Shown: positions 1 to 11,439 of the stretch, piece by piece | Numbering within the stretch: the stretch's first letter is position 1 | Layout of the letters: the number at the start of each line of letters is the position of its first letter | NCBI GenBank assembly: GCA_973895155.1 | Contig: OZ316893.1 | Location: forward strand, 14,228,645-14,292,644 | Origin: Marsupella aquatica | Lineage: Eukaryota > Plantae > Marchantiophyta | Reading direction: 5' to 3' | DNA: 64,000 bases | Program-made: the position numbers and the translations under genes | Notes under the pieces: generated by a model | What the model was told of the DNA's origin: nothing | What the model saw: the letters and a program-made list of their open reading frames with translations, nothing else | Database searches by the model: none

Positions 1-165
1 ATGGGCAATTGATGCTTGGGGTGCAAGTTATAGCCCGATCCAGGTTTGGCCAATCGAGGGCCTAGGCATGAGCAATGGGTCAGCCCAATCACAACGAGCT
101 AAGGCACTCCAATTGCGGACTCCTAACTAGAAAGTTATGGGCATTGCCAATTGGTGGCGCGACTA

Positions 166-1984
166 GACATGCGAGTTGGGGTCTAGCTAGGTGGGGGGCC
201 AAAATTTGGGGACCAAAGTTGGCCCAGGGATGGCAGGTCTCCAAATGCATATTTGAGGGAAGTGGTGTCTCCCTAGGGGCTAAGGGCGAGCCAAAGTCAT
301 GAGCCGCTGCGGTCGCGACACTAAGAGAAAAAGTCAAACGGAAACGATGATAACTTCCCAACGAGAAGTCCATTGGGGGACTTCTTGGGTGAGTTGGAAA
401 TCTCTCAAGGAGGGCTACATTCTCCTCAGCTCATCTGGGTCTGGGGGTGCCATAGGTTCTCGGGGTTTGCGGAGGCTATCTCGTCCGCTTGCCGAAATAG
501 TGGCCAAGCCGCATTCAGTCTCTCAAGGGAGCTTACGTTGGGGAGGCAAGGCCTAGTAGGCGTGGAGGTTGAGTTCCAAGACACTGGGCCCCTAGACCAT
601 CAGTTGAGTGAGAACCGGGAGTCGGGTGCTATAGTCGGGGCCATTCTGGTCCCGACATGTTGGGATAAGCTTTAGGACAAGCTACGCTATTTGGGCCATG
701 AGCATGTCTTTGGGGCAGGGTGGTCAGTTGGTGATGGATAGGAATGAGGGGAAACCCGGGCTGCGCCCAAGGAAGGAGCTATTCTGGACGAACAGTGGGT
801 GTCGGTTCTGGTCCCGGCTTATGGCATCGGGAGGACCTATCGCTGACCTACTTACCAATGTCTGTTGAGCTTTGAGTTAGGATGCTAAACTTGCAAGATC
901 TAGATCTTGAGGAGTTATTTACCGAGACGCTTGGTTGCTTGTGCAGACAGTGAGGACCGTTGAGTAGCGGTCGTGTTAGAGAGCAAGTGCGGCTTCGTAT
1001 GGGAGGGGCTGCAGGTGGTGCAAGGGGCATCACGTTGCTTGCTTGAGGTATTCCGTGCAGGCGTTTGGGCACCAGAGGCACTTAGGCATGGGTGTTGGGA
1101 TTAATGGTGAGGGTGTTGGGTAGCAAGGTTCACCACTCGCTCCCAGACATGCGGGTTGGGGTCCAGGTGGGAGGCCAAAATTTTGGGACCAAAGTTGGTC
1201 TAGGGATGGTAGGTTTCCAGATGCATATATGAGGGAAGTGGTGTCTCCCTGGGGGCTAAGGGCGAGCCAAAGTCATGAGCCGCGGCGATCACGACACTAA
1301 GGGAAAATGCCAAACGGAAACGGCGATAACTTCATAACGGGAAGTCTGTTGGGGGACTTCTTGGATGCGTTGGAAATCTCTCAAGGAGGGCTATGTCCTC
1401 TTGAGCTCAGCTGGGTTTGGGGGTGCCATTGGTTCTCGGGGTTTGTGGGGCTTATCTCACCCGCTTGCCAAATTTTGCCAAAATAGCAGTCAAGCCACGT
1501 TCAGTCTCTCAAAGGAGCTTGCGTTGGGGAGGCAAGGCCAAGTAGGCATGGAGGATGAGTTCCAAGGCACTGGTCCCTAGACCATCAGTGGGGCAAGAAC
1601 CGGGAGTTGGTCGCTGGAGTCGGGGCCATTCTGGTCCCGGCATGTTGGGACAAGCTACGCTTATTGGGCCATGAGCATGTCCTGGGGGTAGGGCGGTCAG
1701 TTGATGATGGATAGGTACAAGGGGGAACTCGGGTTTCACCCAAGGAAGGAGTTGTTTTGAACAAATAGTGGATGTCGGTTCTAGTTCCGGCTTATGGCAT
1801 AGGGAGGACGTATCACTGACCTAATTACCAACGTTTGTTGAGCTTGAGTTAAGATGCTAGAATTGGGAGATCTAGATCCTGAGGGGTTACTTACCAAGAC
1901 GCTTGGTTGCTTGTGCAGACAATGAGGACCGTTGAGTAGCGGTAAAGTTGGAGAGCAAATGTGGCTTCGTATGAGAGGGGCCGC
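166..1984. repeat. Degenerate ~0.97-kb direct tandem duplication (copy 1 ~166-1140; copy 2 ~1146-1984, continuing at 10751-10872 after the gypsy insertion)
   Basis: gacatgcg(a/g)gttggggtc...ggccaaaattt at 166 and 1146, colinear thereafter. Sequence after the 3' LTR (gcaagggg...ggtattccgtg...cttaggc(a/g)tgggtgttggga...caccact) matches 1010-1138. Origin of the unit not recognised. Confidence 0.85.
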
Positions 1985-3142
1985 TGTCGTGATTTTCTCT
2001 TAAGTTATAAAAAATTGTTTGTTTTAATATACTATAGATTATATAAGTAATTTAGTAGTTAGATTATTAAATTTAGATTTTATTAAAACTCTTTAGCTAT
2101 ATTAACGGACTATAGTAGTTCTACCAATGCATATGAGTAGTTCCACCAACTACAATAATATTCACCAACGCATAGTAGTTCTACCAACGCACAGTAGGTC
2201 CATCAGCGCATAGTAGTTTTACTAACGCACATTAGTTTTACCAACGCACAGTAGGTCTACCAACGCATAGTAGTTCCACCAACGCATGGTAGTTCCACCT
2301 ACTAAAAGTAGTTTCACCAACTATGAACAGTACTAGCACACTCTTTGGTATTAGATGTTTGACACTTGGCCTTCATCCAAGTGCTTGGGCTTGATCCATG
2401 CCCTCTTGGTGTGCACTATAAATAAAGTGGTGAGGGACACTCTCCCCTCATTCCGCAGTGTTTATCATTCAAGGTTGTGAAGCTCTTTTGTGCCTTGAAT
2501 ATAGTAGTGGAGCGTCCTTTGGCCCGGATAGCAAAGGAATGAGTGGTAGACTTATAGATGGGACCTTAGGGAATAAGGTTTCTTTGGGAATATAGGGGTG
2601 GGGCGTCCTTTGGCCCAGATAGCAAAGGAATAGGAGAGCCATCATGAATCCAGGAGAGAGAGTTATCCCTGATCTTCCCCTTCATAATCCGTTTTTGATT
2701 AGAGTCCATCTTTTAGACAAACCATCTATGAGGCAACATCTAACCTATCATTTTGGAGCTCAATTTGCAACTGCGGTTATGGTTTCTAACGAGCCAATAA
2801 TATACCCAATGGTGTCGTACCGAGAGGAGTGGGAGTGCATCATCTTTGTCCTTTATTGAAGTCATGGATCTGAATAGGAGTCCGGATGATATTCCTGTTT
2901 TATTTTCTCTTGGAGATATTAGAATCATATGTCATAAGAAAACTAATTTTCGTGATGTGTTGGTCCGCAAGTATGGTGAAGTAAGGTTTAACAGTATTTT
3001 AATTTCACCTGAACCTTTCTTAATACCCACTACCCTTGTTACTAGAATTATCATTTTGATTTTAGTGTAGAACTTATGAGCATGCAAGGTTAACTTCAAA
3101 AGAGCCAACATGCTCTTGCCAGAAAATACGGTCACCCGGACA
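1985..3142 (+). repeat. 5' LTR of gypsy element
   Basis: TGTCGTGATT...CACCCGGACA; about 17 substitutions against the 3' LTR by eye (~1.5%); TATAAAT at 2417. Confidence 0.97.
2113..2325 (+). repeat. ~19-bp tandem array (consensus TAGTAGTTCTACCAACGCA) in gypsy U3; also at ~9717-9929
   Basis: About 10-11 imperfect units upstream of the TATA box. Confidence 0.9.
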
Positions 3143-3146
3143 TAAG

Positions 3147-3163
3147 TGGCGACCATACTGGGG
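3147..3163 (+). promoter_or_regulatory. Primer-binding site, tRNA-Arg-like
   Basis: TGGCGACCATACTGGGG 4 nt after the 5' LTR, resembling Arg-type PBSs (TGGCGACTCCACTGGGGA). tRNA identity is inferred. Confidence 0.75.
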
Positions 3164-3288
3164 AATCGCTGGATTTGGAAGTTAGCTTGTGCATATTTGA
3201 GTTCTAATGGATGAAAAGAGATATGGTTTTGGAACTTTGAGTTCTTAACTTGTTTATATTATTAAGTCAAGAGGGAAGAATTGCAATC

Positions 3289-5853
3289 ATGGGAACTGAG
3301 ATGAATCCAACTGACATGGAGAGGTTTTCATCCTTGATTGCTGCTTACTTACATGGAATGAAGGAGAAGGAGATGGAGGAGAACAAGAAGAAGGAGTTGC
3401 TTGGTAGGACCACGAAGTACCTACACTCGGTTCTTACCAAGCAAGGAGAATTTGATGGGCGAAATGTAACCAAGTATCTCAAGGGGTACTGGACGGAGGC
3501 TATAATTCATAAGATTGATGCAGAAGTTGCAGTCAAGGAGTTTGTATCTTTAGTAGAACCTGAACTCAAGGGAATTGTTACTACCTTGATAGATGGAGCT
3601 ACTGGGGAGAAAGCATGGAAGGTCTTTGAGTTGAAGATGAAAGAAGAATTTCAGCTTGAAGATCCAGATCGGGTTACTCAAGCATCTTTCCTTGATTGGG
3701 TGGCCGATAGAAGCAAGAAGTTGGGACCTCAAGAACTGATAAGGGAGTTTACGAAGAAGTTCAATCAGCTTCCTGAGATTGGTTCTGAAGTTATCAAGGT
3801 ACAGAAGTCTACTTTACTTATCCGAGCTGCTGATGAGAAGCTTCAAGACGAGTTGGAGCTTGCTCTGGAATTGATGAACCCAAGTCGTGGAGCCAGTCCA
3901 CCAACTTGGGAGGAGATTGAGATTGCTGTGCTTAGGGTCAGCCAAAAGCATAGAAGAAAGAAGCTGAGTCATGAAGGTGCTCTACATGCGGTTGCACCTG
4001 TGACTTCTATGAGGAGAATGGAGAAAATAGAGTCAACAACTGGTAGGGGTGAGAAAAGCATGGACAAAATGGATGAGTTGTCTGAACTCATGAAAAATCT
4101 TACCATTCTTGCCACCCAAGCCTTCGAGCAGATGGGAGGAGGTGCATCAAAACCAGCGTCAAGAGGTGGTCCAGGAGCCGGGAGTTCCATTGGCGGAGCA
4201 AGGAGTTGGAATTGTATTTGGTGTGATAGTAAGGAGCACTCAAGGCGTGAATGTGGAGAGCTTTCTGTTGCTCTGAGAGAGAGAAGAGTCAAGTTTATTG
4301 ATCATGATGGCATAAGAAAGCTTGCTTATCATGATTCAGGAGAGCTTATTCCAATAAACACAAACAAGGACGGTATGAAGGTGTTGGTGGAGAGAAGAAT
4401 GACTGAACATCATACTTTAGCCATTGCAGCAGCTTTTGGAGATCAGGATGAGCATGAAGCAGATGTTTACACCCTCTTTGGGAGTTCTTCGTCAACAGAG
4501 ACAGACAAGAAGAGACTAGCAGAGTTTGTAAGGAGGAAGTCAGGTTGGAGTGATCCAGTGTTGATCTCTTCTTTCACTGCAGAAGTGGGATCTCTATGGG
4601 ATTCTATGGTAGAGGAGAAACGAAAGTCATCGAAACCTTTGGAAGAACGTGCCAAAGGAAAACAAAAGGTTGAGCCTGGACCCTCTATTTTGCAGCCATC
4701 ATCAAGAGTCCCAACAAGGAGGAGTGTTCGATTTGAAGATAGAGGAAGTACAACAAAGGAGCCTACTTTGACTCCTTCATCCTCAAAGGAGATGGAAGTG
4801 GTAAAAAAAGAGAAGGTGGAAAAGAAAGGACCTGGTTGGGTCCTTGGAAGAGATGTTGAGCAGCACATTGCGTATGATCAAGTTGCTGAGAAGTTTTGGA
4901 AAGCGGAGGTGAGCGGAGTCACCAATGAGGAGTTTTTTGCTTGCATGAACTCCAAGGCTCAAGATGCATTACTTGCAAAGGTGAAACGAAAGCGATTTTA
5001 CAAGGAAGGACCTCATGCCTTGGGAATGGAGGTTTTTTCTGATGTTGATGAAGATGGAGAAGGTTCAATTGTTTCTCAAGCCAGTGTGGAGTGTGAAGTG
5101 TATCAAGTGAATGCGGAGAAGATCCCTAGACCACAGATGCTAGGGTCTTCAACAAAGGAAGTTCCTGAACCAAAGATGTCAGGAGTTGAGGTATTGGAGA
5201 GGTGGAAACCATTGGCGAAAGCAACAACGGGATTTGCAGTGACCCAGGATATGGCAAAAATTAGTCGTGAAGAGGTGCTCAAGGCCTCACAAAGTGTGTG
5301 GGTCATGTGTGCTTCAGCTATGAAGAATCCTGATTCAGGAGACGACAAGGAGTCCATCTTGGAGCCGTTTTGGGCAAGAACTTGCTCAGTTGTGGAGGTA
5401 GAGCTTGTAGGAATGGAGGGCAAAGCTCGAGCATTGATTGACACAGGATCTGAGGTGAATCTAATGTCAAGAAGCATCTATGATCTTGGGCAATGGATGA
5501 TTGATTGTGATACTCAATGGTTTGTCAACTCAATCAATCGTTCAAAGAATATGCTTTGGGAAGGATGCCCTAGAGTATCAGTGAAGGTTGGCCATGTGAT
5601 AGAACCAACTAACATCTTTGTGCATGATAGTTTGCCCTATGCTCTCATTCTAGGGCAGCCTTATATTACTCAAGCTCGGATGGAGTACAAGGTCCTACCA
5701 GATGGCACTCATATGGCAAAGGTAAGGAGTCGGGATGAATTGCGGGTTATCCAATTTCCTGTAGTAAAACCTGGACATTGGAGGAATCGGAAGGAGTTGA
5801 GAGGACCTGAACCCAAGGAGGAAAATGAAGATTTCCGGAAGGCGTCTCGTTAA
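3289..5853 (+). CDS. gag: Gypsy Gag-protease polyprotein (intact ORF)
   Basis: First ATG at 3289; zinc knuckle CIWCDSKEHSRREC; aspartic protease ALIDTGSEVNLM and ILGQPY. Confidence 0.92.
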   Translation: MGTEMNPTDMERFSSLIAAYLHGMKEKEMEENKKKELLGRTTKYLHSVLTKQGEFDGRNVTKYLKGYWTEAIIHKIDAEVAVKEFVSLVEPELKGIVTTLIDGATGEKAWKVFELKMKEEFQLEDPDRVTQASFLDWVADRSKKLGPQELIREFTKKFNQLPEIGSEVIKVQKSTLLIRAADEKLQDELELALELMNPSRGASPPTWEEIEIAVLRVSQKHRRKKLSHEGALHAVAPVTSMRRMEKIESTTGRGEKSMDKMDELSELMKNLTILATQAFEQMGGGASKPASRGGPGAGSSIGGARSWNCIWCDSKEHSRRECGELSVALRERRVKFIDHDGIRKLAYHDSGELIPINTNKDGMKVLVERRMTEHHTLAIAAAFGDQDEHEADVYTLFGSSSSTETDKKRLAEFVRRKSGWSDPVLISSFTAEVGSLWDSMVEEKRKSSKPLEERAKGKQKVEPGPSILQPSSRVPTRRSVRFEDRGSTTKEPTLTPSSSKEMEVVKKEKVEKKGPGWVLGRDVEQHIAYDQVAEKFWKAEVSGVTNEEFFACMNSKAQDALLAKVKRKRFYKEGPHALGMEVFSDVDEDGEGSIVSQASVECEVYQVNAEKIPRPQMLGSSTKEVPEPKMSGVEVLERWKPLAKATTGFAVTQDMAKISREEVLKASQSVWVMCASAMKNPDSGDDKESILEPFWARTCSVVEVELVGMEGKARALIDTGSEVNLMSRSIYDLGQWMIDCDTQWFVNSINRSKNMLWEGCPRVSVKVGHVIEPTNIFVHDSLPYALILGQPYITQARMEYKVLPDGTHMAKVRSRDELRVIQFPVVKPGHWRNRKELRGPEPKEENEDFRKASR

Positions 5854-8800
5854 GCAATGCGGGAAGGCGGGGCGCCATCGCCAATGACCCGCTGGTGACT
5901 TGGAATGTGAATAGTTTGTTGGCAAGCTCATTTGAAGGTGAAAGCTTGCATTGTCGAATTTCTTATGTGAAAGTGTGTGAAGCTACTAAAAAATTCAAAA
6001 AGAAAATTGCAAGGATTGAGGATACTATGCAAATACATGGATTGCTAGAGGAAAGTGAAGAGATTGAAGGCCTTCTAGATGAAGAAGGAGTAGAAGTGTC
6101 TTTGAAAGAAATAATTGAAGGTCTTTCAGAGGGGAAAGCTCATATGGAAATCAATCATGAGCTGTATGGCGAGTTGTCTCAATTTGTTGAGGTCAACACC
6201 AAGTACAAAACAGTGGAGAAGAAAGTGAGACCAGCAACAATTCCTTTACCTTTGGATGCTAGGGAGATTTTGGAGAAGGCAGGTAAAGAGACCAGTCTTA
6301 GAGATCGGACTAAGATTGGCCACAAATTCACGAAGGAGACCCTTAATCAACTAAGGATTGGTGATGATGGGTTGCTGACAAAAGAAGAGAGAGAAGAGTT
6401 TCAGTAAATGATTGGTGAGCATGGTAAAGCTTTTGCTTTTTGTCCTGAAGAGATGGGATGTGTGGATCCTAGTGTTGTTACTCCTATGGTAATTTTCACT
6501 GTCCCGCATGTTCCTTGGGACTTGAAACCCATTCCAATGCCCAAAGCTTTGTTACCTCGGGGGTCTCACTATATGGGGACCTCCCCATCGCCTGCGACGT
6601 TTTTAGGCCTCGGACCCCCTAAAATGTAAGAAAATTTTTAAATTTTTTAACCCCTATAAAGTTGGAATATTCTTGGAATATTCTAAAAATTGGATTAAAA
6701 ATACCCTAATATTCTTATAAGTCTCAAAATTGAATTTAAAAGACCCTATTGTTCTTCTACAAAAATTCTTAAGTCTTCCCTTAGAACCAATAAAATGACC
6801 CTATCCTTCGTCGCACGTGATATGTCATTTTTGTGGAAGTGAAACCCCCGAGTTTGTTACCTAAACTTATTGATCTATTAAAGGAGAAGCTTTCCACTAG
6901 GATTTTGGAAAGAACAGATGCACCTTATTCTAATCGTTGGTTTACCATTCGTAAGAAAAATGGTAAACTTAGATTTATTCAGGACATGCAACCACCTAAC
7001 AAGGTTACTATTCGCAATACTGGAATAGGACCTATAGTAGATGAGTTTACGGAAGAATTTGTTGGTAGAGCCATCTATTCATGTGATGACCTCTATTCAG
7101 GCTATGATCAGTTTCAGTTGGCTCAGAGTAGTAGAGATATCACCACTATGAGGACACCTTTGGGGCTACTTCGCATGTGTACCTTGCCTCAAGGGGCAAC
7201 CAACTCGGTGGCTCACATGTAGAATGCCATGAATAAGGTATTACACCGTTTCATTCCAGAGAAGACACAGCCATTCCTTGATGATATGCCAATCAAGGGA
7301 TGCTTGGAGACAAAGAAAGATGAGACTATACGTGAAGATGGCTTGCGACAATTTGTATGGGAGCACATTCAAGATGTGAAAGCAATCTTGAAGAGGTTGA
7401 TTGAGGTTGGGCTCACTCTTTCTGGTGAGAAATCTTCATTTGGGCTTCGTGAAGTCCTAATTGTAGGACAAATTTGTGGAGTTGATGGGATGAAGCCAAA
7501 TGGAGGAAAGGTAGATGCAATCAATCAGATGAAAGATTGTAGGACAACTTCGGAGGTGCGAAGGTTCCTTGGCGCTTGCTTGTTCTATAGGATCTGGATT
7601 CCTCACTTTGCACATATTGCTGATCCTTTGTACGGATTATTGAGGAAGAATGCGCACTTTGTTTGGACAGAGGCACATAAGGAGGCTATGCAAAGGTTAA
7701 AGGAAACCTTACTTAGCCCCCTTGTTTTACGTCCCTTATGCTATGATGAAAGACCCATCATTGTCACTGTAGATTCAAGTCCTAATGCTGCTGGATGGGC
7801 GGTAGGGCAGGATGATGAGGAGGGGAGAAGATTTGCAGCAAGGTTTGGAGCTAAGATCTTTTCAGCAAGGCAAAGGCATTACCCTCAAATCAAGCGAGAG
7901 TTGTGGAGAGCAAGGATAGCCTTGTGTCAAGAAAAAGTCTACTTGATTGGAGCACAAGTCATTCTTGAGACTGATTGTTTACCACTTTTAGGGATGATTG
8001 CTAACTGTGATACTCCAGACATTGCTATGCTACGTTGGATAGCTTTTATTAGGATGATCAACCCCGAGCTTCGACACATTGCTGGAAAAGATAATCCAGT
8101 AGCAGATATGCTTTCAAGAGCCCGCTATGATCAGAATGAAGTGGAGGCAGTTCAAGTGATGAATGGAGAGTTTGAGATCTTAACATTTCGAGAGGAGCTC
8201 TATTCTGGAGAGTTGCTCTTGATTGGAAGGTACCTTAGTACTCTTCAAAGGCCTGTTGAAATGATAGAAGAGAAGTTTCAACAATTACGGAAGAAGGCTT
8301 ACAAGTTCATGCTCAAGGATGGTGTTTTATGGAGGAGGTCTTTGAAGAAAGAACATGTTCCTTGTAGAGTTCTTGATACAGATGAAGAGAAGAAGAGAGT
8401 CTTATGGGAATCTCATGATGCTGTTGAAGCAGGACATCGAGGAGTTAGAGCTACCTATGAGCGGGTTCAAAGGTGGTACTGGTGGTTAGGCATGTATGTG
8501 GATGTAAAATCCTATGTTGGATCTTGTGAGAGTTGTCAGTATTACTCTAAAGTTCGGTTTAGAGATGGACTTAATCCCACTAGTCCTCTTTCTTTACATT
8601 TTCAATGGGCAGTAGATGTGGTGCACATGCCATGGGGAATTAGGGGGGCAAAGTATCTTGTCCTTGCAAGAGAAGATTTATCTTTTTATGTTGAAGGAAG
8701 GGCTTTAACCTCTAACACTACAGAAGCAGTATGTAGGTTCATACTTGAAGACGTTATAGCACGTCATGGTTGTTTTGTGCAAATGAGAGCAGATAGAGGA

Positions 8801-9535
8801 GAGTTAAATTCTGAAGAGGCTGCAAAATTTTTCGACCGGTTCAACATCAAGCTCAAACTCACTACTGCCTACAACCCAGAAGGAAATGGAAAGATTGAGC
8901 GAGGGCACCCACCAATAGTGAATGCCTTGGTGAAATCTTGCCGAGGAAAACCATCGCTTTGGCCCAATCTTCTACCATTTGCTCTTTTGGCAGATCGAAT
9001 GACATGCGCTACCACAATAGGAATTACGCCTGCCGAATTAGTCTCTGGACATTTGCCTTTGATGCCGATTGAGGAAAATGTTCAGAGTTGGAGGATGATT
9101 GAATGGCAAGATATAATCTCCCGAGAAAAGTTGCTGGAGCGAAGGATTGAGCACTTTAGCCAGACCAAGGAGAAGATTGAAGAGGCGTTACTAAGGCTAA
9201 AGGAGGCTCGTGAGAAGAATAAGGAACGATTTGACAAGACCCATCGTTTGAGACCAATTCCCATCCAGAATGGAGATTGGGTCTTGATCTATGAGGGAGG
9301 ATTGGAACAGCAACATTCTACTCTGAAGAAGTTTGCACGTCGTTGGAGAGGACCATTTGTGGTGGAGGAGGTTCGTCCTAATGCAACATATGTGGTAAGA
9401 GAACTTGATGGAGCAATTCATCGCAATCCCTATGCAGGGAAGCGAGTGAAATTGTTTAAACGACGAACTCAATTTGTGACAGAGGAAGAGTTTGAACCCG
9501 ACGACTATGAGGCTTTAGATGAAGAAGACATGTAG
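5832..9535 (+). pseudogene. pol: Gypsy Pol (RT-RNase H-integrase) in the -1 frame, disrupted
   Basis: RT DLYSGYDQ, LPQGATNS, FLDD; RH VDSS...ETDC; integrase H-H-C-C (SHD..GHRG..CESC), D-D-E and WRGPF. Stops at 6405-6407 and 7220-7222; MITE at 6556-6852. Confidence 0.93.
6556..6852. mobile_element. 297-bp MITE with 8-bp TSD (hAT-like) inside gypsy pol
   Basis: TIR CTCGGGGGTCTCACT / AGTGAAACCCCCGAG (14/15); perfect TSD TTTGTTAC (6548-6555, 6853-6860); removal restores PKALLPKLIDLL. Confidence 0.93.
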
Positions 9536-9570
9536 CGATTCTAGATGTGGTGCATACCGGAGGATGCACA

Positions 9571-9588
9571 GGTTTGGTAGGGGTGATA
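9571..9588 (+). promoter_or_regulatory. Polypurine tract of gypsy element
   Basis: GGTTTGGTAGGGGTGATA immediately before the 3' LTR. Confidence 0.6.
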
Positions 9589-10746
9589 TGTCGTGATTTT
9601 CTCTTAAGTTATAAAAAATTGTTTGTTTTAATATGCTATAGATTATATAAGTAATTTAGTAGTTAGATTATTAAATTTAGATTTTATTAAAACTCTTTAG
9701 CTATATTAATGGACTATAGTAGTTCTACCAATGCATATGAGTAGTTCCACCAACTACAATAATATTCACCAACGCATAGTAGTTCTACCAACGCACAGTA
9801 GGTCCATCAGCGCATAGTAATTTTACTAACGCACAGTAGTTTTACCAACGCACAGTAGGTCCACCAACGCATAGTAGTTCCACCAACGCATGGTAGTTCC
9901 ACCTACTAAAAGTAGTTTCACCAACTATGAACAGTACTAGCACACTCTTTGGTATTAGATGTTTGACACTTGGCCTTCATCCAAGTGCTTGGGCTTGATC
10001 CATGCCCTCTTGGTGTGCACTATAAATAAAGTGGTGAGGGACACTCTCCCCTCATTCCGCAGTGTTTATCATTCAAGGTTGTGAAACTCTTTTGTGCCTT
10101 GAATATAGTAGTGGGGCGTTCTTTGGCCCGGATAGCAAAGGAATGAGTGGTAGACTTATAGATGGGACCTTAGAGAATAAGGTTTCTTTGGGAATATAGG
10201 GGTGGGGCGTCCTTTGGCCCGGATAGCAAAGGAATAGGAGAGCCATCATGAATCCAGGAGAGAGAGTTATCCATGATCTTCCCCTTCATAATCCGTTTTT
10301 GATTAGAGTCCATCTTTTAGACAAACCATCTATGAGGCAACATCTAACCTATCATTTTGGAGCTCAGTTTGCAACTGCGGTTATGGTTTCTAACGAGCCA
10401 ATAATATACCCAGTGGTGTCGTACCGAGAGGAGTGGGAGTGCATCATCTTTGTCCTTTATTGAAGTCATGGATCTGAATAGGAGTCCGGATGATATTCCT
10501 GTTTTATTTTTTCTTGGAGATATTAGAATCATATGTCGTAAGAAAACTAATTTTCGTGATGTGTTGGTCCGCAAGTATGGTGAAGTAAGGTTTAACAGTA
10601 TTTTAATTTCATCTGAACCTTTCTTAATACCCACTACCCTTGTTACTAGAATTATCATTTTGATTTTAGTGTAGAACTTATGAGCATGCAAGGTTAACTT
10701 CAAAAGAGCCAACATGCTCTTGCCAGAAAATACAGTCACCCGGACA
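9589..10746 (+). repeat. 3' LTR of gypsy element
   Basis: 1158 bp, colinear with 1985-3142. Confidence 0.97.
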
Positions 10747-11151
10747 CCGCAGACGATGCAAGGGGATCTAGGTTGCTTACTCAAGGTATTCCGTGGAGGC
10801 ATTCGGGCATCAGGGGCACTTAGGCGTGGGTGTTGGGACTGGTGAGGGCACTGGGTGGCTAGGTCCACCACTAATGTTGCGTCGCCCAAGAGGCCGTTGA
10901 GAGAAAAGATGTCGTGTTGAGAGAAAGATGTCATGTCGCCCAAGAGGTTGTTGAGAGATTAGATGTTGTGTTGCCCAAGTATAATAGTCATGGTCCGGGG
11001 CTCAGTCGACGGTCGTGGGCTCATTGTGATCAAGCCATGGCGGGGGCGTCAATGACCTTGCTCATCATGGACAGCCCCAACAGCCACGACTGTCAGAGGG
11101 AATGCAGCAATCGGTCGGCAAAGAGTCCAGGTGCGGCAGGGTCGTAGAGGG

Positions 11152-11439
11152 CTCGGGGGGTTGACTATCAAAAATCTTAGGAACCATGTGCGATCCAAAA
11201 TAGGTTTTTTTGATAGAAATTAACTAAATTTTTAAAAAATGTAAGAGACAAAAGAAGGTATTATAAACTCATGTTCATAGAATATTCTCTAATATACATA
11301 CTTTTTATAAAATAAAATAGGTTATGAATATTGAAAATGGAGATATTCTTGGAATAGTTTTTTTATAAAATAGGTCTATTTATATTAGGCTAAGATCGCA
11401 CGTGGTACCCCAAAATATACACTTAGTTAACCCCCCAAG
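11152..11439. mobile_element. 288-bp MITE with 8-bp TSD, related to 6556-6852
   Basis: TIR CTCGGGGGGTTGACTA / TAGTTAACCCCCCAAG (14/16); TSD GTAGAGGG / GCAGAGGG (7/8); AT-rich interior with GAATATTC and subterminal TCGCACGTG, as in the other MITE. Confidence 0.85.

Larger units (their letters stand above)
1985..10746 (+). mobile_element. Full-length Ty3/gypsy LTR retrotransposon (no chromodomain seen), pol defective
   Basis: Two 1158-bp TG...CA LTRs, TSD CCGC (1981-1984 / 10747-10750), PBS, PPT, domain order gag-PR-RT-RH-INT. Confidence 0.97.

Noticed and set aside
2644-3156. Small ORFs in the gypsy LTRs
   Set aside because: Duplicated only because the LTRs are; no motifs.
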